Source: Haliotis rubra (Eukaryota). From it: 64,000 nucleotides of DNA. A program made the translations under genes and the position numbers. Shown one piece after another: positions 1-11,993 of this stretch. The notes under the pieces are model-generated. The model saw nothing but the letters and a program-made list of their open reading frames with translations, did not search any database and was not told the origin of the DNA. The stretch's first letter is position 1; each line of letters starts with the position of its first letter. The stretch is taken from NCBI RefSeq assembly GCF_003918875.1, contig NW_025765647.1:1550001-1614000 (forward strand), in the 5' to 3' direction.

Positions 1-399
1 TAATCAGATTATCACCTTAGGCTGTGTGGTGATTCCAAGCACGTCTTATTGGACTACTAAATATGCAACTGGTGAAGAAACTGTGACATGATTTTTAGAC
101 GCCAAGGGGCTGGTCATCCATTATGTATGTGCGAGTGTGTGTGAGAGGTGCATTGCTTTTGGGGGTTAGATTGGTATCACCCCAACCCCCAACACACACA
201 CAGACCAAGTCCCTTACCCCTGAATATTTTACCAGTCATTTGCCATACAAATGTTGATAGGCATGAAAGAAGCAAGTGAAACACTGCTGTTTTTTTTCTC
301 CATTTAAGAAAATAAAATAAAGTGTGAAATATAAATAAAACTAACAAGATGCTTTTGAAAAAGAAAGGTTTAAATTCATAATCAAATGCATCACCTTTT

Positions 400-615
400 G
401 AGTGAGTGAGTGAGTTTAGTTTTATGCGGCACTCAGCAATTTGCCAGCAATATGGCGGCGGTCTGTAAATAATCAAGTCTGGACCAGACAATCCAGTGAT
501 CAACAGCATGAGCATCGATCGGCACAATTGGGAACCGATGACATGTGTCAACCAAGCCAGCGAGCCTGACCACCCGATCCCATTAGTCGCCTCTTACGAC
601 AAGCATGGATTACTA
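400..615 (-). mobile_element. Short retroelement family A (no tRNA head, (ACTC)n tail), 3' part; its 5' part is at 1903-1943, split by a MULE insertion
   Basis: Matches the ~250-bp repeat seen >12 times in the window; the sequence resumes right after the MULE end at 1903. Confidence 0.85.
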
Positions 616-1902
616 GGTTATCTCCCAAAACCATATCTTAGACAGCCATAACTTAGACACTAATGAAGGGGATTAATTAAGACAACACCCATGGCTGAAA
701 TGGAACAGTCCTAATTAGTGTTCCTTGCTGAGTAGACCTAGCTTGTATTCAGAAGTAAATGATATAAACTGTACAAGCAGGATTAAGTTTAAAGATGCAT
801 GCTATGTTTTCATTTGAATATCTCCTCACAAGATGAAAGGGGTCAACTGTTCTGATACCTTAAGTGGAGTACCTCTGAAATAAACAGAACAATTGTTGTA
901 AAGTATGTGTAAATCTCATTAGTAAATCCCTGCCCCAGATTAGGTCAGTATTCAAACTCCCCTACCCCCACTCCCCATTCATGCCCCCTATTTATACTTA
1001 CTCTCATTTAAGTTTACGTTATACCTGTATCTCTTCTTAACTAACATTACTGCTATTTTTTTTTATCACTTTCCCTTCATAATATCGGCTTTTATTTATT
1101 TTCATCTCATGTTTTAAGACGTTTATTCCTTATCATAAACATATTAATTATTACACTAGCTCCCACCTACCCCAACGGCGACATTGGCTACAGCCAGAAG
1201 CCGACGTTAAACTTCCAATCATCATCATAGGTCAGTATGGCAATATGGCTTGACTTCGAAAGGTAGAGTTTGTTACTTCACAGAAGGGTACACCTAAGTT
1301 CTTCTTGACGGGTATCTTTACAACAGAAACAAAGTGAGGCAGACCCGTACAAGAACGAACACCAATTTGGAAGGATTTCATAACAGAATGAACCGCACCC
1401 TGCCGACTGACATCCTAACATCTTCCGGTTCATCGAAATTATCAGGAGATTGACAACAGATTGGAAAGACTCAAGCAGCAACTTCAACAAGCCGAGAAAA
1501 CATGTACACATCCAGTTCCTTGATGCAGTTGGACATTTGTTTCATCTTGGTTAGGGAAATTTTGTATCAGATAAATGCTGTGCTTAATGTGCCAAGGATG
1601 TCGTGGTAATGTCCAGTAAGGATTACATGTTATGTGCAAATTAAATGTTATGTTATATACAAATATTATAGTTTATGGGAATTTTGTGGAAATGCAGTGG
1701 ACATGATCAACACAGTACCATATTTAATATTTACTATTTATCTCTGTTGAACTTGTAATAAATATGCTTGTGTAATTGATTCTACTGGACTGATCCATTA
1801 TAAGAAATAGGTATCAGCTTGAGAATTAGTTGTGCACTGAACCAGAAATGTTGTTGTTTTAAGCTGTCTAAGACATGGCGGTCTAAGTTTTGGGAGGTTA
1901 CC
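616..1902 (+). mobile_element. Internally deleted Mutator-like (MULE) DNA transposon
   Basis: Imperfect TIRs (ggttatctcccaaaa...cttagacagc / gctgtctaag...ttttgggaggttacc); degenerate ~8-bp TSD (gattacta/ggttactg); remnants LLDGYLYNRNK (FLYWCH-like) and RTNTNLEGFHNRMNRTL..HPNIFRFIEII (MULE transposase C-terminal motif) at ~1300-1450. Confidence 0.75.
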
Positions 1903-2258
1903 GGTTACTGAAGGCTCATTCTAACCTGGACATTCACAGGTCTAACCTTTTGAGAGTGATTACAAAGGTGTTACAGTTAGGGTAGCCCAGTGCTTAACAC
2001 GTTAAGTGACCATGTTTTCAAAGCAAAGGAATATTCTGTTACACATTGTCAAGCACAATTTTTGTGTTCCCTGCTGTTATATTGACAGCATATTACTAGA
2101 AGCAGCATAAACATGATAAACCCACACACTGAAACTCTCGGTGGTGATGTGCATGGGTGTTTATCTACCTTAAACAATGGTTCTCAGCTAAAAAATGAAA
2201 GTGCATTAAACCAAAGGCTTGATCCTTGTGACATTTTTCTATGATCATGATAATGAGT

Positions 2259-2480
2259 CACCCATGAAGATCTGGGTTAGATTCGGTTCTCAGCAACCCC
2301 AGTGCTTGTCATAAACGACTAAAGGGGTTGAGTGTTCAGGCTCGTTTACTTGGCTGACCCACATCATCCCAACTGTGTGAATCGATGCTCATGACATTAA
2401 TCACTGGACTGTCTGGTCCAGACTCGATCATGTACAGATCAGAATATTGCTGAGTGTGGCAGTAGACAACATACAAATAA
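2259..2480 (+). mobile_element. Family A short retroelement, diverged copy
   Basis: cacccatgaagatctgggttag...gaatattgctgagtgtggc matches family A. Confidence 0.8.
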
Positions 2481-3264
2481 AACTAGGCTGAAACTACACA
2501 TTCTTAATGACAATGTACATGACGGACTTGGGGTGGGATAATGAATCAAATTATCAAAACTGACTTCCTGTTTCTATATGACTATCCTTTCCCATGCACA
2601 TGTAATGATAATTAAGAGGTTCATCATTTCACCCACATTATGCCTGTGCACAGAAATCAAATTAGTTTCACCATTATTGCCAAAATAAAAAAAACAATAT
2701 CTGAACATTATAATGCAGCGGCAAGTATAACTGTGAAATGTATATGACTCTATATTCATCAGCCAATAAGGACTGCTAATACAGAATTTTGCATTTGGAA
2801 AAATAAGACAAAATTTGTAAATCAATGCATTACAATAATTATTTAGTCATTTTAGACATGTACATCGCATAATTAGCTTTCACAAAGATAAAAATGAAAA
2901 ATGGACAGGTTAGTGATCAAAGGCCTAGATGAAGTGGAAGATATGCTTCGAGAGATGCACCGTCGACATTGTCAAAAGGCAACTGAAGTTAACGCGAAAG
3001 ATAAACAGATCTGTCTGTGGGGAGCATGCCTAACAGTAACACTGCAGAATGCCGTCTCGACCTGCTGTCTCTTCAAGATTATGGAAGGGTCTTAACTACT
3101 TTCAGCCTCTATCATCTCGTTAACATTGGTGACATGAACATTTCGATATAACTACACTAAAATAAACAAAAAACATATACCTGGCTATGCACTGCTACCT
3201 GTCAAAACCAAGATATCGCATACATCAAGCAGACAAGAATAAAAACACTTTCTGCTCGCAACCA

Positions 3265-3425
3265 TTTGAGTCACGTGATCAAACATATCCAAAGCGCATG
3301 CTTGTGTTGACTTCCGCTTGTATTTACTTCCGGTTTCAAGGCATGACAGATAAACGTTTTCCAAAGAAGTGATAGAGTTGGTATGAGGTTTGTTGCTTTT
3401 TAACCAAAGACATTCACGTAGGTAG
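3265..3425 (+). promoter_or_regulatory. Putative housekeeping promoter and first non-coding exon of GEMIN8
   Basis: CpG-richer patch with E-box GTCACGTGA (3270-3278), GCGCATG (3294-3300) and two ETS-type ACTTCCG (3310-3316, 3326-3333), followed by candidate GT donors; the first coding exon starts at an acceptor, so an upstream exon is needed. Confidence 0.45.
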
Positions 3426-3869
3426 TTAGCTTTAAAAAATTAAAGTTAAGAGTAACTAACGTGTACCAAAGGTTGTGAAAGATAACAGAGCAACTGCTCA
3501 TTAATAATGATTGTTCGCAACATGACCGTCACGGCGTCACCAATTTTCGTCGTACTCGTAGTCGAAATGATTGGCCCGTGGTTTCATTGTTTTATAATAT
3601 GTACATTTTAACTTTGAAAAACCTACACACATCACACCTAGGAATTTTGATGTGGACACTGTTTAAACATCAAAAGACCTAAATAATCTCTTTGAATAAC
3701 AGGGTTTGATTTTAATTCAAAACTAGATTTCATTTTCCAGTCAAATGTGATTTTCAGTGCCACACTCTACTAACTGAGCGTTTGTCGGATCGACGGAAAG
3801 ACTGCCGCTTGTAACCCCCATTTTGTTATGTTTTTATCAATATCATTTTACACCTAAGAATAGATGGGA

Positions 3870-5236
3870 TTTTTATCACCCTCCTCGCGTTTAGCTGGAA
3901 TCGGGGGATATAGTATTAGGCTCTGTACGTACGTACGAATTGGAATATCTCAAGAACCATTGACTAGATTCTTTTCATATTTGGTACCTAGCTTCATCAC
4001 AGTGTAGAAACGTCCAAGTCAGCTTTGGTGACCTTGACCTTCATTTCAAGGTCACAAGGGGATTTTAACGTTTTGCCTGCATGTTAAGCTGTCTCAAGAA
4101 CCGTTCACTGGATTTTCTTCATATTCAATACAACCGCCTCCGTGGTGTAGTGGTTAGAGCGTCCGCCCGGAGAGCGGAAGGTCACGGGTTCGATCCACGA
4201 CCGCGGCATACCAAAAGACATTAAAAAATGGTACTTGTTGGTCCCTGCCTGGCGTTCGGCATTAATGGGTACAACGAGCACTGGTCGTCTCGGAGTCAGT
4301 ATAATGTGTCTGAGTGGTGTATTCATGCTTCACTGCGGAATGGTATCTCAGTGGGCTAGCACTATGAAACCAGCTTAAGTCTGGGCTAGTACAAGCAGCC
4401 GCACATACACATGCATGCATGTCGTCATATGAGTGAAATATTCTCAAGCACGACATAAAACCCAATTTCACCTCTCCTCACCTCATATTCAATACCAAGC
4501 TTTATTAAGGGAAGGCGCAGGGCCCAGTCGATTTTGGTGACCTTCACATAATTTTCAAGGTCATGGCGACACTTTGAGGATTTCAGCATGTTAACCTGCA
4601 TGTTAAGCTATCTCAAGAAGCGTTCACTGGATTTTCTTCATATTTCACACCACACTTCATCCAAGGAAGGCGCAGGGTCCAGTCGATTTTGGTGACCTTC
4701 ACTTTATTTTCAAGGTCACAGAGACACTTTGAAGATTTCAGCATGTTAAATTGCATGTGAAGATAATCAGCAAGATATCGCAAAAAATATTCACTGGATT
4801 TTCTTCATATTTGACACCAAGTTTCATCTAGGGAAGGCCCAGGGCTCAGTCATTTTTGGTGACCTTCACATAATTTTCAGGGTCACGACAACACTTTGAA
4901 GATTTCAGCATGTTAATCTGAATTGTCAGCAAGATATTTCAAGAACTGTTCACTGGATTTTCTTCATACACTTTCAAGAATTCCCATGAATGTTTTTCAA
5001 TAAGCAATTTCTTTAGTACTATTTTTTGCATATTTCATACACTATGACATTCATGTCAAGGTCAAAGTCAGTCTCGAAAATATGTGTGTGTTTGAACCAC
5101 TAAAGAGCAAGATATCAAGAGAGGTTGACTGGTCATGTTTTTGTTGACATTTACCTTCATCTTAAACTTCATTACTTTATAAGTTTGACTTGATAATTTG
5201 CGGCGGGGGATTATGTCACCTAAGGGACAATGTTTT
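3870..5236 (+). mobile_element. Helentron-associated non-autonomous element (HINE / CvA-pearl-like) with internal ~150-180-bp tandem repeats
   Basis: T-rich ends; 5' subterminal tatcaccctcctcgc, palindrome and (GTAC)n microsatellite; ~5 internal units with ttcactggattttcttcatat and gacctt..aaggtca; 3' subterminal gcggcgggggattat plus hairpin tgtcacctaagggaca. Confidence 0.7.
4132..4484 (+). mobile_element. Family B tRNA-derived SINE (resembles mollusc RUDI/MESC-type), full length
   Basis: A box tggtgtagtgg, B box ggttcgatcc, (CACCT)n-like tail, 11-bp TSD atattcaatac (4121-4131 / 4485-4495). Confidence 0.9.
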
Positions 5237-5422
5237 ATAAAAATCGGATGCTTATTTATTCTTTGGTTTTTTTAAACGTTTAAAGGGGGTTTAGAAGTTT
5301 GGGGGAATAAACAGATTTCTAAAGAGATTCAGATGTCAGGACCTAAACTTAACCTTAACTCTAACTCAAACCCTAACATTTTAAGTGGGGGTTATGGGCG
5401 GAACTCTTACCGGATCAACCAC

Positions 5423-5939
5423 TATAGTCTGTTTGCAGTGAAAACGTACCGATGAATTTCACTCTAAACAGAAAGGTAAATCGAATAAAATGAAAACAAG
5501 ATTGCAAATCCTCATAATTTTACCTTGCCAATTGAACATTTCAATCTCAGAATTTTATTCAACTTAGGATAAAAGTTGTTTAACAAACGATCATCGTTTC
5601 AAATCGCTTTTATTGGTTTGCATTACAAGGGGGTATGCACTTTAAATGAAACACCGAGAACAAGTAGTGTTGGTTTAAGTTAACGGCCATCACATACAGC
5701 ACATGCATTTGTTTCACTGTTCCATCTACTGTGCTCACCCCCTTGTAATGCAAACCAATAATAGCGATTTGAATTTATAATCGTTTGTTAAACAACTTTG
5801 TTGAATAAAATTCTGAGATTTAAATGTGCATTTGGCAAGGTAAAATTATGAGGATTCGCAATCTTAGTTTCACTTAACTTGATTTACTTTTTTGTTTAAA
5901 GTGAAATTCATCGGAAGTTTTCACTGCAAACAGACTATA
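5423..5939. mobile_element. Foldback MITE with ~215-bp inverted arms and TA ends
   Basis: tatagtctgtttgcagtgaaaac...cattacaaggggg inverted against cccccttgtaatg...gttttcactgcaaacagactata; ~90-bp spacer. Confidence 0.85.
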
Positions 5940-6644
5940 CTAGGCCTACTCTCCTGTATCATCACGTTTTGCTATTTGAACATGATTAAGTACCTTATAT
6001 ATCTAAACAATATCGCTGTCTTGTTTTCACCTTATTCAGTTTATAGCTCCCTAGGATATCCAAAAATCTGGCTGACAGTGACATATTCAAAGCTCATGAT
6101 AAGATCAATTTTTGAACATGTTGAAATGAGAAAGGTACAATTACATGGTATAAGAGTTGAATCTTGGAAACTTTCCACTTTTGTGCTTTTTAAGTTTATT
6201 GTGTTAGGTTTCTTGCCTTGTATCATTTCTTGAAATGACGTCATGGGTCTCCTGCAAAGAGTGAGTGAGTTCGGTTTTACGACGCTTTTAGCAATATTCC
6301 AGCAATATCACGGCGGGGAACACCAGAAATCTCCCGCAAAGAACTGAAGCCTGTTAGTGAAGAGTTACTTGGTGCTTTTTAATAAGGTATGTCAAATATT
6401 TCCCCAAATACCCATATATTTAGGCACAGAATTGTGAACTTAACTTGCATACTCTTTGAACAGAATGAAATATATGTTGTCTGTATCTTAATAAGTCACG
6501 TAGATGTTGACTCAGAAGAATACATTACACTTGATAAAAAAATTGAAACAGCCGAGGAATCTCTTACCTCCTGTTTTAAACTACAATCCATGAGAACAGG
6601 GTTCGGTGCAATGGATTTCGTACCCTCCTTCCCCAAGTCTTCCA

Positions 6645-6810
6645 GGGTGGTACAGTAGCGTAGTGGTTAAAGTGTTTTCTTGTCAATCCAAAGAACTGTG
6701 TTTGATTCCCCAAATAGATACTATGTGCAAAGTCTACTTCTTTTGTTCCTACTGTGATATTGATTGAATATTGCTAAAAGCTGTGTAAAACTATTTTCTC
6801 GCACTCACTC
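6645..6810 (+). mobile_element. Family C short tRNA-derived SINE, diverged
   Basis: A/B-box remnants and gaatattgctaaaag...actcactc tail. Confidence 0.7.
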
Positions 6811-7726
6811 ACACAACTCAAGGTTCAGTGAGACAAATCAGGCCAAGTATTGATACATTGTTGATATTGGTTGTGTGAAGTGCTAGAAAGCTGTAAAATC
6901 ACATCTAAGGGAGATAACTTGCAAGTGACTAGACAGTAGGTTACACATCCACATTTATAAATGAATAGTTTTGAAATGCAAAAACAATGCCAAATAAAAC
7001 AATTTTGAAACATACAAAGTCTGTAATAAGTTAATTATAAGATTTTCATCCCTACACACCTCACTGACTGTGACATACCCCAGTGAAGAATCAGGTTAGA
7101 GTAGTACCTCGGCAATCAATAATTATTGTAAGAGGCAGTGATCATTGACTTGGTTGATACATGTCATTGTATCAGTCTGATATCTTGGGGTACGAATATT
7201 GCTGAGTGCAAACAAAAAAGCAAACAAAACACCAAAATAACTGTTATTAACACCACTAACTAAACTAAACTCACTCACTCACTCCTTGATTTGCTGGATG
7301 CATAACAACATACCCTGTTTAATATCAAATCACAAGCTCCACTGCATGACTCTATATATTTTTCATTTGGTAAATGGGAAAAAAAGAAAGAAAGAAATTC
7401 TTGAGAATGCCACTGCCTCATATTCTATATCAAATAACTATTTTGAAGAATATCTAGGAAATAATATTGCATTCAGAATTTTACGCTATGCAGAAATTTG
7501 CATCCAGTATGCACAAATGTCCCGAATGTCACCATTGTTGCAATCAGTTTGAGAGACATGCATGTGCATGCCGCAAAATTAGTGAACTAGTCTTGAGCAT
7601 GAATTTAGATCCTCTTCACCTTTATAACCATAATATTAGACAAATGGATGTTGAGCCATGATATGACATCAGTTACATTTACAGAAATCATATGCCATTT
7701 TGTAATTTTCAGATGAACTTATCAGG

Positions 7727-10700
7727 ATGAAAAAAATCCAAATCTTAACAGCAAAGATGTCTGCTGAAACACAGCCACCAGATGGCAGCGCTGAAGATAT
7801 GTCTGCAGACTCAGGCACCGAAGACAAATTATCTTCAAGTGTAACTCTTATCAGAGAAAACATCTCTAAACCGGCTCTCGCAACAGATAATTGTAAAACA
7901 ACTCGCGATTGCTCTTCATCAACCACCTCAGCATGTACCAGCGCAAAGGAGGACAAGAAAAAGGACATTTTCAGTAATCTACCAAAATTTGACACCCAGG
8001 ACTGGTACTCACACAAATGTTTCGACAGATATTGGAGTCACTATGGATACGTGATGAACTGGTATAAGAAGCACGGACATGTGCAGAGGTCTCTTCAGAA
8101 GAAGCTGAGCTACCATAGGTCATACCCATCATACCAAGCAGCATATTCTTATCCGTCTTTCTCATACCAGCCTTACTCTTATCCTTACTCTTATCCTTAC
8201 TCTCATCCTTACTCACATTCTCAGTACATTCATAGACAGACTCCAGTCAGGTCAAGGAAGGGGAGAGGGAGGGCAAATTGTGCTGTGTCAGGGATGCCGA
8301 GTCAGCCATCTGTTCCTCTTAAGAGGAAGCAAGGGGATATTGATATGGACGTAGAAAGTGATTTTGCTGATGCAGTGGAAGTAGGTGATGATGATGTTAC
8401 ATGTGATGTGACGCCAGCGGGAGGGGAGGATGTTGCCTCCCAGATGGAGATGGAGATTTCTGATGAAATGTTGGACTTTTTTGCAACATCTCAAAAACAC
8501 AGGCAACAGAGAGGTATGCACAATATGTCAGAATATGTTCTGAGATCAGTACCATTGTTTTCACAATGGGACATCACTTTTATGCTGCTTTGATTAATAG
8601 CCATGTGATGGTGGTGCTTGGACATATGTCATCGGTTTCCAATTGCGCAGATCGATGCTCATGCTGTTGATCACTGGATTGTCTGGTCCAGACTCGATTA
8701 TGTACAGACCACCGCCATATAGCTGGAATATTGCTGAGTGTGGCGTGAAACTAAACTCACTCACTTGGTGAGACCAAAATCTCCATTCTCAGCTATTTGT
8801 TGGTCCTCGTCAGGTCTCTTGGCATAACATTCTACTCACTCACTCACTCCTTAATAACATAGGTCCTTTGAAGTAAATATGTTCATGGGTTTCCCTTGGT
8901 TCTTGGTTTACCAAGATGTGTTCTCATCAACCCATGTTTTTGGCTTACCTTGACAAGATAGGTCCCACAGCAACCCGCATTTCCTTTATAAAATAGGTCC
9001 CCACCAACCCATGTTCTTGGGTTTCCTTGATAAGATAGGTCCCCACCAACCCATCTTCTTGGGTTTCCTTGATAAGATAGGTCCCCAGCACCCCATCTTC
9101 TTCAGTTTCCTTGATAAGATAGGTCCCCAGCACCCCATCTTTTTGGGTTTCCTTGATAAGATATGTCCCCACCAACCCATCTTCTTGGGTTTCCTTGATA
9201 AGATAGGTCCCCAGCACCCCATCTTCTTGGGTTTCCTTGATAAGATATGTCCCCACCAACCCATCTTCTTGGGTTTCCTTGATAAGATATGTCTCCACCA
9301 ACCCATCTTCTTGGGTTTCCTTGATAAGATATGTCCCCACTAACCCATCTTCTTGGGTTTTCTTGATAGATATGTCCCCAGCACCCCATCTTCTTGGGTT
9401 TCCTTGATAAGATATGTCCCCGCCAACCCATCTTCTTGGGTTTCCTTGATAAGATATGTCCCCAGCACCCCATCTTCTTGGGTTTCCTTGATAACTTAGG
9501 TCCCCAGCACCCCATCTTGGGTTTCCTTGATAAGATATGTCCCCACTAACCCATGTTCTTGGGTTTTCTTGATAAGATATGTCCCCAGCACCCCATCTTC
9601 TTGGGTTTCCTTGATAAGATAGGTCCACAGCACCCCATCTTCTTGGGTTTCCTTGATAAGATATGTCCCCACTAACCCATGTTCTTTGGTTTCCTTGATA
9701 AGATATGTCCCCACCAACCCATCTTCTTGGGTTTCCTTGATAACATAGGTCCCCAGCACCCCATCTTCTTGGGTATCCTTGATAAGATATGTCCCCAGCA
9801 CCCCATCTTCTTGGGTTTCCTTGATAACATAGGTCCACAGCACCCCATCTTCTTGGGTTTCCTTGATAAGATAGGTCCCCAGCACCCCATCTTCTTGGGT
9901 TTTCTTGTTACGATATGTCCCCACCAACCCATCTTCTTGGGTTTCTTTGATAAGATAGGTCCACAGCACCCCATCTTCTTGGGTTTCCTTGATAAGATAT
10001 GTCCCCACCAACCCATCTTCTTGGGTTTCCTTGATAAGATATGTCCCCACCAACCCATCTTCTTGGGTTTCCTTGATAAGATATGTCCCCACCAACCCAT
10101 CTTCTTGGGTTTCCTTGATAAGATAGGTCCACAGCACCCCATCTTCTTGGGTTTCCTTGATTAGATATGTCCCTAGCAACCCATATTCTTGGGTTTCCTC
10201 TGTAAGATATGTCCCAAGCAACCCATGTTCTTGGGTTTTCTTTATGAGGAAATGTAGTACTCAGAAATCTATTTCTTTGTTTGTGTTCCAGAGGCTGAGA
10301 AAAAGGAAGACATAGAAAAAGAAAAGAAAGACAAAAGGATCAACATTGAAGATGGTAAGGCAGAATCTAGAATAACATCTGGTCTCTGATATGAACATAT
10401 TTTACAGACAAAATTTCCTAAATTATTTTCATAAAATATTTTAAAAAGGAGCCCAGAGACTTTATTTTCTGAAATTGAGGTAATCTAGACTTGCCATATA
10501 TTCTAGACTTGCTTGGACTAAAATAGGTGTGTTTGCTTCTGGATTGGTATGTCAGACTAGCGGAAATGTTCAACAGTCATTTTCTCCTGTTTTCCCTGAA
10601 TATTTGCCAAGTTTACTGCAAGTGGTTGGAGAGGAAACATTTGTTGGTTCAATTCTCGGCTCCTTCATGCCGAAAGATGTTAAACAGATTGTACTTGTTA

Positions 10701-11358
10701 TCTCCCTTCCTGGTGCTGGGATTAAACAAGGACTGGTTGGCTCAGAGTATAGTGTGTCTGGTTGATATCCGTATTAAACTGTAGCATATTTGAGTGAGCT
10801 GGCACTACATGATACTGACAGTACGAGCAACTGTATACCCACACTCATACATGCCTAGGGGCGGTGGGGCAGCCTAATGGTTAAAGTGTACGCTCATCAC
10901 ACCAAAGACCCGGGTTCGATTCCCCACATGGGTACAATGTGTGAAGCCCATTTCTGGTGTCGCCCACCATGGTATTGCTGGAATATTGCTAAAAGCGGGC
11001 ATAAAACCAAACTCACTCCCTCACTAACTGCAATAGTCTTCACCACTGGACCCATTTTCACTTTACTCACCTCCATAACATGCTGTCTATTAAAATGGTC
11101 CCTGTGTTTCAAGCTTTGGTATTTACTGCTTCTGTTACAGTGAGAGGACAGCTGCGAGAACGGACATCAGAGGCTCCGAGTGAGAGGCCCGGACTGCGAC
11201 GCACGTCAGAAATGAAGCTGTTGTATGGGACAGGTGCAGCCATGATTCACGGCATGGAGACAGCACTGCAGATGACATACGACAGACACCTTGATGCCAA
11301 CCAGCCCAAATATTGGCCAAATATGCCACTGAGAGTCCACTTTTCAGATTCTTCTTAG
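7727..11358 (+). CDS. GEMIN8: Gem-associated protein 8 (SMN complex subunit), ~355 aa; coding exons 7727-8513, 10292-10354, 11141-11358
   Basis: GT/AG phase-1 junctions keep the frame (1068 nt). Motifs WYSHKCFDRYWSHY, EMEISDEMLDFFATSQKHRQQR and C-terminal RRTSEMKLLYGTGAAMIHGMETALQMTYDRHLDANQPKYWPNMPLR match the Gemin8 family; AATAAA at 11422-11427. Confidence 0.92.
8618..8765 (+). mobile_element. Family A element, 5'-truncated, in a GEMIN8 intron
   Basis: Matches the 3' half of family A including the tail. Confidence 0.8.
8880..10245. repeat. 42-bp minisatellite, ~32 copies, in a GEMIN8 intron
   Basis: Unit tttccttgataagata(t/g)gtcccca(c/g)ca(a/c)cccatcttcttggg; 14-aa periodicity in the ORF track. 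Confidence 0.97.
10858..11027 (+). mobile_element. Family C tRNA-derived SINE
   Basis: ggggcggtggggcagcctaatggttaaag...gggttcgattcccc...aaactcactc. Confidence 0.85.
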
Positions 11359-11743
11359 ACACTGATGATTCGTTTGTAACCAATCCGGAGTTGTGTTGAC
11401 AGACTTGGACTACATGTTTTTAATAAATAATGTTTGTAATCATCATGTCTTAGGCTTGATTTGTTTTGTATAGAACAACACTTTTTATAGTATGTAAACA
11501 TGGAAGAGAGTTAAGCATCACCTTTCTAATTTTGAAAACAGCCTGAACGTTTCAAACTCTGTTGTGTGAAGTTAAAGGGACTGACATAATAGCCTTGCGT
11601 TACCCCAGGTTTTGATGCAACCGAAATACAAAATACACAGTAACCCACCTTTTACCTCAAAATGTCCCTAGTTGAGAACATCAAAGTTCGACACAACTGT
11701 GATTGTACTTTTTAACCCTTCTAACAGTTTCCCAGTTATATCA

Positions 11744-11993
11744 AGTGAGTGAGTGAGTGAGTTTAGTTTCACGCCACACTCGGCAATATTCCAGCTATAT
11801 GGCGGCGGTCTGTAAATACTCGAGTCCGGACCAGACAATCCAGTGATCAACAGCATGAGCATCGATCTGTGCAATTGGGATACGATGACATGTGTCAAAC
11901 AAGCCAGCGAGCCTGACCACCCGATCCGTTAAGTCACCTCTTACGACAAGCATGGGTTACTGAAGACCAATTCTAACCCGGATTTTCATGTGT
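11744..11993 (-). mobile_element. Family A element, full length
   Basis: Complete family A sequence with (GAGT)n tail on the + reading. Confidence 0.9.

Larger units (their letters stand above)
3785..5418. mobile_element. Old MITE-like element with imperfect terminal inverted repeats enclosing nested insertions
   Basis: gatcgacggaaagactgccgcttgtaaccccca (~3788-3820) is an imperfect inverse of tgggggttatgggcggaactcttaccggatc (~5386-5416). Confidence 0.5.

Noticed and set aside
177-551. Recurrent ORFs such as MTHVIGSQL...RPPPYSWNIAECG and MLVPVWRSALMGTTRTG
   Set aside because: Chance translations of repeat families A and B
2901-3095. 64-aa ORF upstream of the putative promoter
   Set aside because: No homology, splice support or motif recognised
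5341-5378. Telomere-like (TAACCC) tract
   Set aside because: Short, degenerate and internal to a MITE-like element
8514-8593. C-terminal end of ORF 7727-8593
   Set aside because: Read-through into the intron past the donor at 8513
8945-10221. Long repetitive ORFs (297, 241, 161, 156 aa) and CRISPR-like periodicity
   Set aside because: They are products of a 42-bp tandem unit inside an intron; there are no unique spacers and no cas genes
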